Made by a program: the position numbers and the translations under genes
Shown here: one piece after another, positions 40,101 through 64,000 of the stretch
How the letters are laid out: each line of letters begins with the position of its first letter
How positions within the stretch are numbered: position 1 is the stretch's first letter
The notes under the pieces: generated by a model
The model's database searches: none
Told to the model about the DNA's origin: nothing
Seen by the model: the letters and a program-made list of their open reading frames with translations, nothing else
Source of the DNA: Tubulanus polymorphus
Lineage: Eukaryota; Animalia; Nemertea
DNA: 64,000 bases
Reading direction: 5' to 3'
NCBI RefSeq assembly: GCF_964204645.1
Contig: NC_134028.1
Location: 24,858,345-24,922,344 of the forward strand

Positions 40101-41630
40101 GCGGGGCTCGGAAGAAACATAGTTTACACTCGGCCTCATTTTCCTCGTGATCTTTGTGCCATATATATTTCTGCAGGTATACGTCAGTCAGTTCACCAGA
40201 CGGACTGAAAAACAAGATTAATAAATTAATGATCAAAAATCCTTTTCAGGGTCCCTAGAGATCAGTCATTCCTGAATATATTATAAGCAGTTTTCAAGGA
40301 GAAAATTATTTCAAGTTTTGAGGAAGTGTCTGCATCACTTTCATATCCTAATTACAGTAGACTCCTCCTAAATCGGTGCTGTTTATCTCAGTAAACCGGT
40401 AATTCAGTGGTTTTGTAAGCAAATTGTTATCCTTCATACTACACAACTCGGTTTCTAATTCAGTAAGCGCCTAATAGGTTAAACATAAAGAGAGATTAAG
40501 GCTGAGTTTTAGGACCCTGTTTCGGGACAAATTATGCGCTGGTATCTAAATGCCAATATCTTAAACTCAATACTTACAGAAACTTTTCGACGAGCCCATC
40601 AGGTCCAGCTAGAAAAGAAACAGTCACGCTTTGAAATGTAGAAAATGATAAATAAGTTGAAAATTCGATTGAAGGGCCTGTTTATGAGTCTTGGTCAGTT
40701 CAGGGTACCGGTAATGTTCTAGGATATCATCTTGAATGACAGACAATTGCCGGGGTCAGATTGGTGAACTCGGCAGGAATTCTAATATCACATTTTTTCC
40801 CGTCCTTGCAAATGGTCTTTTTTCAAAACAAATTATCTGGATATTTTTACACACAATTTTCCCAGATTTTGTTTTTACATTTTTAACGAAAGGTACAATA
40901 CTACATGACCTCTTGTATCATCTCATCTTCAGCTTATCTCCACTTCTACTGCTACAATCAAACCGATCCGAGTTTGCCCAAAATGCCGTTCATGGCGCGT
41001 GGCGAGATAATGTTTTGTAAAATCTTTTTCTTATGATGTCAATAAACTAATATTATATTTAAAAAAAAAACCGATCATACATCGACTCATAGAACACTAA
41101 ATCTCGATATCGTGAATGTTACCTTTACTGATGGCGGAACGAATCCGTGCAAGAAGACTTGATTTATCTCCTCCTGCACCGAGACCGAGTCTATTACATT
41201 CATCTCTCAACTCATTCACAGTCATAGATTCATACAATACGTCATCCTGTAATAAATAAACACTATGTTTTATTCTTTCAGTTTCTTGCACTCGATCAAT
41301 GGTTATCAGATTTTAGGAATTTTTTATGCTTATTTCCAGCAGAACTCTGTCTAGTGTCTGAACAACCGGCCCATCCCCATCAAATCAACTATTCTTTCTA
41401 TTCATGTATTAAATTTGACTAAAGTAAAGTTAAGCATTTACTGGTCGCATCGTTTTAAGTTTAAACATTCTTGCTGTGATGTCTGTAAATGCTAGTTGTT
41501 TTTTACCCCGACTACCAGTATCAAAAATAAAACTTCATTGAATTGAACTTGGAAGGAACGAATGAAGAAGGGAATGAATAAGTTCTCTCGGGATTTTCTC
41601 TGAGAATGATTTATCACTTACCTTATTCAT
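31162..41630 (-). CDS. Multi-exon nucleic-acid-binding protein: N-terminal SAP domain, at least 4 C2H2/matrin-like zinc fingers (CG7065-like repeats), RGG/Gly-rich C-terminus
   Basis: MNK/DDVLYESMTVNELRDECNRLGLGAGGDKSSLLARIRSAISK (SAP). Fingers ECKLC...DHFKTEAH, YVCRVC...EHLQSNSH, GLKFLVE...HYCSTC...DHFSAFPH, QFLVE...YRCSVC...AHMSSNKH. Tail exons with PPRGGGG and GFWNQG repeats; stop at 31162. Several internal exons unresolved. Confidence 0.75.
32888..33221. repeat. 53-bp minisatellite, about 6 copies
   Basis: Unit GTTCCCTGATTCTCAACTCAGTGAAATATTTACAGCAGTCCCAACGCTACAGA; inverted copies at 13428-13535 and about 35050-35136. Confidence 0.92.
35990..36262. repeat. Minisatellite with ~33-bp core and a longer variant unit
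   Basis: GGTCCCTACAGATC(A/G)GTCATTCCTGGATATAAG about 7 times; single copy at about 40248-40285. Confidence 0.88.
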
Positions 41631-43080
41631 GATTAATTCTTCGTTATTCACTCATCAGATGGTGAATATAACAATAAATGCAGGCCGAAATTAAAAAGCA
41701 AAACGGTGAAAATATATAACAATAGTTCAATTCAATTCTTTTGAATTATTTACAAATCAGCAAGGCCTGGTATAGTCGGAGCCACCCTGCTCGCTTCCCT
41801 GTGTCAGTGTTAGTCGGAGCCGTAAATTCTAACGGGGCCGCGCCGCGTGTAGAGTACCTAATCGTCACCAGGACCGGGACTCAATTGTGTACTATAATCA
41901 AAGTGTCTTCTGACGATTTTTGGATTTTTCATTTTTGTCTGTTAGTTTGGGTTCCGCATACGCTGAAACACGGCTCCATTAGTGTGTTGACAGCATTTAA
42001 GCCAGGGTTCCTTGATAATTTTGGTGGCATGTTGTGCCACAGATTGCTTAATCTGATAAAAAATCAAATATCAACCACCAGTTACTAATCGGTTTTAACA
42101 AGCTTTATTTATTGTTAACGTTAGGTTTTATGATAAAAAGGATTTTCTAAACATACATGAAAAATATTGACTTTGTAATGTGCATGTATATAATATGAGT
42201 TGGGGAGTTTTTCAGAGCCTTACATGAAGACATTATACAAAAATATCATTGGCACATTGTAGTAGTCATGTATTACTAATATCACATGAATATGAAACGT
42301 ATATTTTCTCTTTTTGAAGTTCACTCGCTTTTTTTCAAGAGATATTGTGACTTACATTCTAGACATTCTTATAGCTAAGTACAGTTATCAGTTGTTATCA
42401 GAATAGACCAGACGATCTTCCGGGTAGCCTAGTACCTGGGCAACAGCAGTAATCTATCAATAAATCCAATTACTCAAATACTAACAAGATTTCTCTGAAA
42501 TCACCTTTTACCCCCACCTTATTTATTAAGTGTTCAAAACACTTGATACCGGGGGTGAAAGTTCAACAAATGAAATGCATACATTTCGACCGGTAACAAA
42601 AAGTATAAGTCTTATCAGGCAATGTTGTTAAGTATGTATGAAAGAATTTGCGAATTTACGAAATTTTAAGCATTAAATGCCTGAAGTCAGAAAAAATGAT
42701 GGCAGAAAAATATTAAAACTTTGAAAACTTTTGAATTGTTCTACGAGGCAAAATTTCCTCATTTTCTTGTATCAGGCAACTGAAACAGTTGTACTAATTA
42801 TGGATTTGGCAAATATTATCACAATCAACATTTTAGAGTGCCGCATGCCTCTTTTAGCCGAGACACGAAAAATTGAGAAAAAAAAGTTACAAATGAATGA
42901 ATTCAATAAAGCTCCAATTAAATCAGATCCTTGAGACAGTTTCGCGGAAAAATAGAATATGAAAGAATTTAAATAGAAATACAGTTAAATACAGATAAGA
43001 ACTGGAACCATTTCGACAGTTCGAGGCCTAGGCCAGTTGAGGGATTACAAACTCTGATCGCTTCTACATGTATCAATCAG

Positions 43081-43318
43081 GGGCCAGTTGCTCAAAAGTT
43101 GGTTAAAGATAACCGGCCGTTAAATACCATAGTAACAATGAAATTTCAATTGTCACCATATCAACTATCCACTGCTTAACTCTAACCAACTTTTGAGCAA
43201 CCAGCCCCGGGGTCCAGTTCCACAGTTCTGAGTTAAGATTTGACCCTGGGTTAAAACATTGAAAATGAACTAACTTTAACTCAGAGTTAACTCTAACTCA
43301 CAACTGTGGAACTGGGTC
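43081..43318. mobile_element. Two different Harbinger-type MITEs inserted back-to-back
   Basis: CAG-[GGGCCAGTTGCTCAAAAG...CTTTTGAGCAACCAGCCC 43081-43207]-CGG-[GGTCCAGTTCCACAGTT...AACTGTGGAACTGGGTC 43211-43318]-CAG. Confidence 0.75.
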
Positions 43319-44002
43319 CAGGTTTGCAAACTCTGCTATTCAGCAATACGTAGAGCACATTCTGGTCGAAACGGACATACCAGAAATGTATTCCAAAATC
43401 CGTAGCTCGACCTATCAAAACCTGCCTTTACTGAGAACTGTCGAACAGGGCTGTGTACAGTTAACCTTGTCTGACGCTCCAGTGTGGTGTGCCACACAAC
43501 TTATGTTATGTTATGACCTAGTTTGGGAACAGCTTGGCTTGATGCGTTATAAAATCATATTCATACACACAAAATGCAGCAGTTGTTTTTATCATCAGGA
43601 TCGAGATCCTCAGTTTTTGTTAAACCCTTTCAGTGCACCGGTGTATACACCACAGTGCGACGTATAAGTTGGTGAAGAACTAGTACATCGCATTACGGTG
43701 TATATAAGTAAATAATTAGTTATTATCTCTATTGAAAGATGGCAGCACCTGTCAAACATGTTGAGATATTAGCAACTTAGGATACACCGCAGCGTGCTGT
43801 AGATGCACTTAATCGGTATATCAATTATACAATTCACGGAGGTGGAACTTTTCAAAATTTCCAACTTCTTCCAGCACCGAAGGGAAATTTAACTGAAAGG
43901 GTTAAATTTGACTCCAGAGTTAAAAACAGTTCATTTTCAATTAGTAACTGTAAGAGTCAAATTCTAATTGAAAACTGCATAACTGGATCCGCTGTTGTAC
44001 GT

Positions 44003-44795
44003 TCATTCATCTGCCGCATCTACTTCGCTTGAGTCCTTCGTCTCTTTAGAACTACCGGTGCTACTCGTCACAGCTGTACCGCGCGGATGCTTGCTGGCAA
44101 TTTTGTTTTTCGTGTCGAGCAGTACTTTATACCCACCGGTGAATAGGAACCAAATGGCGATGACAACGCCACCTACACTAAAACTGAAGAACCCTACGAC
44201 GAACAGTACGAGCACCAACAATGTACCGGCAATCGAAAGAATTGTTCCTGAAATATATGCAGAACATTTGACTAGATATTGTTCAACAAGGATTCTACAG
44301 CCAACTGTGGCAAGTGAGGATCCACCAGGTGCGGTATCAGCGTTCATATTAGCTCAATCTGTTTCAAAGCAATTATTTGATCTGCATTGATAGGAATATT
44401 GACATCCACTCTCTGGTAGGGGCAGCAGATATTTTAAAAGCCGTGGTTGATTCTCAGAGGAGTGGATTTGAAAATGAATGGGCCGCCCCTCTAAAACCTG
44501 TTAAAACCTGCGAACACTGGATGTCGATATATTTACCTTCAATAAACATGAATCCCATGAATGTAAAAGCGATAGTACCGGCGGCGAAAGCGATGAAACA
44601 ACCGATTGGAATCGAACAGAATCCCAGCACGATTATAATCAATAACGTAGCGAGAGGATGAGCGATCGCGTATTCCTTCACGCAGTCGGCTTTCTGCGTC
44701 AGGTGAAATCTCTTGTTGACGCGCTGGCCGAATCGACGCATGTGGTCCCAGACGACCTCAGGGGTGCTGCTGTATTCCGGAGCTGACGGGTCCAT
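44003..44795 (-). CDS. LDAF1: Lipid droplet assembly factor 1 (promethin/TMEM159), 2 coding exons (44795-44537, 44247-44003)
   Basis: HPLATLLIIIVLGFCSIPIGCFIAFAAGTIAFTFMGFMFIEG/TILSIAGTLLVLVL...; HP...P...F...EG pattern with a long hydrophobic hairpin region typical of promethin; phase-1 GT-AG intron joins in frame. Confidence 0.85.
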
Positions 44796-44900
44796 ATTTC
44801 TGAAAAGATTAACGTTAAGATTCTAACAGGAAATCCAAGATCCCCTAATATTTCCCCCACCCTCGATCATAAATTTCAAAAAGAACCAATTAAAGATCAG

Positions 44901-45027
44901 GGGCCAGTTGCTCAAAAGTTGGTTAAAGATAACCAGCGGATAAATACCATAGTAACACTGAACTTTTAATTTTCACTATGTCAAATATCCACTCGTTAAC
45001 CGTAACCAACTTTTGAGCAACTGGCCC
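44901..45027. mobile_element. Harbinger-type MITE, same family as 43081-43207
   Basis: GGGCCAGTTGCTCAAAAGTTGGTTA...TAACCAACTTTTGAGCAACTGGCCC. Confidence 0.8.
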
Positions 45028-46506
45028 CGAGAATCCAAAATTCACTGATATTTTCCCTGACCCTCGACCAAAACTTAAATATAAGTTATCCAAAAGGGTT
45101 GTGCCAGTCTGGACACCAGCAAGAACAAGATAGACAATAACAAATTCAAATTCCCTGACTCTCTAAGAAAGAGTCTGAATTCCCTATTTTCCCCGAATTC
45201 ACTTAAAGTCCTCTTTCAGTCAGTCTTGGTTGAGTTGTCATCTGGATAAGTCATCACATTATAAGTCATCACTATTTTTTAGTCCCAATTTGAATCTTTA
45301 TTCAAATTACCAAGTGTGGTCATCCTTTGAATAAGTTGTCAATGATCTGATATCCTCTAGATGATTTAAGCATGACTGTAGTTTTCTTGGCTTGTCATAA
45401 AACCATTAGGCCTACCGGTATATAGATCAACCTCAGTTTCCCTGATGATAAACAGATTATCAAACGGATACTGGGGTTGACTGGTCAATGATGCTGGTTA
45501 TGGATAGTTCAGACTCCTATTACATACCCGTGCATATTTCCGATGTTTTATGAAGTACAGAAATCGTATAAGTTACATAACACTGTGCCACAAAAATATC
45601 CAGGTTCAGAGCAATTTACACTGAACATCAGTCTACTAGTCTGCTGGCTTGTTTAAGATAAATCGAATGAACTGACAGTGTGTAGCGCATATAGGTTAAT
45701 ATTCACCTCGACATACTTTTCAATGTCACACTGTGAGGTGACCCAGACTCACTGACGCCTAGGCCATTGACTGAATATAAAAGAAGATTAGATGATAAAT
45801 GTTGCCCTTTTTACACTTTCCAAAGGTACTCATGCACTGTCAGGGGAGGGGACATTATTTGAAGTTTTTAGGAATTTAGCCCTATGCTTTCTGACACCGA
45901 AATCTAGGATTTCTAAGGCATACATTTCATTGTCATACTCATTGAAGAACTCTTGAAACCGCTCCAAATCCATACACAATCATACACATCCAAAAAAACC
46001 CAAAAACGTCATTTCATTTTCAGTCTATCCTTGTCTTGCTCCAGTTTCCAGTACACTTAAAAGGGCTTGACAAGGCGAACAAAATCACCACAAAATTAGG
46101 CTCTACTTACGTTGACGTAACCTTTCCTACTATCTTGGACAGAAAATGCTCGACTTAATCGCAGAAAGAAGGGCGCACACGCAATATCGAATTCCCTTCC
46201 GGGTTCAATAAGGTTATTGACAAGTACCGACCTACATGAAGCTATCACTTTATTCGGATCTACCAGATTCAGGTTACTCATTTCCGGTTCTCCCGTACGT
46301 GTCTCACTGCCGGCAATACTTAAAATGCAAACTCGTGTCATTACCCTGCTGAAATGGCGAATACTATGATTGTTTCCTGTTGTTGATCGCTATCAGTATC
46401 AACCCGATTGACTGCGTAAAACGACATTTTATCAAAATAGCTTAACACAAAAAGAACTTATGAATTATGAATGATCCGTAATATACAATATTTGTAATTT
46501 TTTTAC

Positions 46507-46920
46507 TTTGAACATCTTAATTGCGGTCGCGTGTCTCTGACCCATCTTTGATAATAGATTTAGCAAAATCGAATCTGGAAGATGGGCTTTTTTAACATGT
46601 TTCTAGTTTTTGGCGGCATTTGAAGGTTCATGAAGATATCAAAAAATATAAAAAATTCAGAAAACTCTCAGTTCCCGTTTTTTTATACATAGACTTTGAA
46701 CATTTTAATTGCGGTCGCGTGTCTCTGACTCGTCCTTGATAATAGATTCAGCAAAGTAGAATCTGGAATATGGGCTTTTTTTAACATGTTTCTAGTTTTT
46801 GGCGGTATTAGCGAATTAGATCATTTGAAAGATCATACAGATTTCTCTTACATATCAAAAATGCAGAAAACTCTCAGTTCCCGTTTTTTAATTAATCGAA
46901 CATCTTTGAATATCTTAATT
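46507..46920. repeat. Degenerate ~190-bp direct repeat (about 2.2 copies)
   Basis: TTTGAACAT(C/T)TTAATTGCGGTCGCGTGTCTCTGAC...CAGAAAACTCTCAGTTCCCGTTTTTTA recurs near 46507 and 46695. Confidence 0.8.
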
Positions 46921-47287
46921 GACAACAGGCGCGCGCCTTTTCAATTTCATTATATGGATATGTTACTGACTAATCATATTTGGCCTATAATCAAACCGAC
47001 ATAGAAACTACATTAATTAACGCGTATTGTGTTACGCCTTTTGATCGAGATAATGAGACAAATTTCGATTGAATTTCAAAGGACACTTTTGCCTTTTGTG
47101 CCATTTTGAATAGGTTACACCATTGGTAATTTGCTTTAATCTTACATCGCGTATCTCTAGGTGGTCAGTTTCCGAAATGCAATCGATTTATCAATACTTT
47201 GAATATTATTATTGTCCCTACATTTTTAATAATCATGTATCATCCTTATCCACTGATGATTCGGCGTTCCCCAGGATATAAACTCTA

Positions 47288-47695
47288 ATGGCTATGTTCT
47301 CTATTTTTTCTTACGGACGTAATAGAATAACAAATCTGAATAACGCAGTTCATCAGACATTAGATGCTGACGTTGTTACCGAAAAAATAAGGAAAGCGAA
47401 ACTATCTCCCACGTGGATCCGACAAAACCAGTTTTGGGATGAACTATGCTTTGCAGTATTTTGTAAAAACTCTGATCGGTTGAGGCAAAAACTTTACCGC
47501 TTTTGCCAGTACCGGAGTATGGATTTCGACACCATCTGCAGTGAGAAACACGAATTTTCACCAGTTTCGGTTATGCGAGATTCACCAACAAGAAGTTATG
47601 CGGATGTCTTGAAGAGTCCTTTGCACAAAGTTGTAGAGCCCGATTTGGTAAATATAATTGTCATATTCATTATAATTAATTTTCTATTTCAGTGA
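47288..47695 (+). CDS. Possible small orphan ORF (135 aa)
   Basis: ATG-initiated ORF with ordinary composition and a possible donor at 47648; no recognisable homology. Confidence 0.3.
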   Translation: MAMFSIFSYGRNRITNLNNAVHQTLDADVVTEKIRKAKLSPTWIRQNQFWDELCFAVFCKNSDRLRQKLYRFCQYRSMDFDTICSEKHEFSPVSVMRDSPTRSYADVLKSPLHKVVEPDLVNIIVIFIIINFLFQ

Positions 47696-48221
47696 AATAT
47701 GAATAATTCCAAATTCAAATCATGTAGGTATCCCTTGACGGGTGAAGATGGACAACCGTGTACGTTACCGCCGAGTCCGGTTCCGTGTCCGTACAATAAC
47801 AACTACAAATGAATTTGATGAAATAAGTTGTATATTCATAATTTTATTTTAACGTAAAATATCTTTTTATTCAATAACAGTGGAAAAAATACACATTAAA
47901 AACCTCTAAAAAATTTATAATAAATTTGAATCGAGTGATGAAATAAATTTGAATCGAGTGATACCGCTACCGAATCCACAGTGCTCACTTCACGACGGTC
48001 AAGTACCGAGACTGAACTGAAGCCAAAACCGGATTTTACATCTTTTCCAAAACCGGGTTTTACGAACAGCCCATGATTTTTCACAATTATGCATATGTTT
48101 CCAAAAATATAAAAACGTTTGTTTTTCTCATAAAAATGCGAAAGTTTCGAAAGAATGATAAGAAAATTCCAGTCTAATTAAAGGAGCCGATTGGTGCTGC
48201 CACCACATTGGAGATTCCAAT

Positions 48222-64000
<15,779 letters not shown>

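Overview
AT-rich, gene-dense eukaryotic genomic DNA from an invertebrate animal (short GT-AG introns; a lophotrochozoan-type genome is an inference). Spliced genes read from the sequence, in order: survivin/BIRC5 (+, 1741-3963), CCDC96/CFAP184 (-, 4821-11748), an unknown single-coding-exon coiled-coil gene (-, 11948-13318), WDR45B/WIPI3 (+, 14167-17747), two tandem ELOVL4/ELOVL8-like elongases (+, 23258-25369 and 28151-30406), a SAP + repeated zinc-finger + RGG protein resembling Drosophila CG7065 (-, 31162-41630), LDAF1/promethin (-, 44003-44795) and TBCD (+, 48222 to beyond the window end). TBCD intron 4 holds a 2.2-kb 31-bp satellite and an antisense intronless GPCR. Non-coding DNA holds many small mobile elements: a P-type foldback MITE, several PIF/Harbinger-type MITEs, a LINE 3' relic and dispersed minisatellites. 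The most notable non-coding signal is a set of short Penelope-like insertions, three with minimal hammerhead-ribozyme cores and three with 13-bp target-site duplications (two show both), one forming a 284-bp palindrome with a hammerhead on each strand. No CRISPR, rRNA or intact tRNA was seen. All calls are by eye with no database searches, and internal exon boundaries are approximate.
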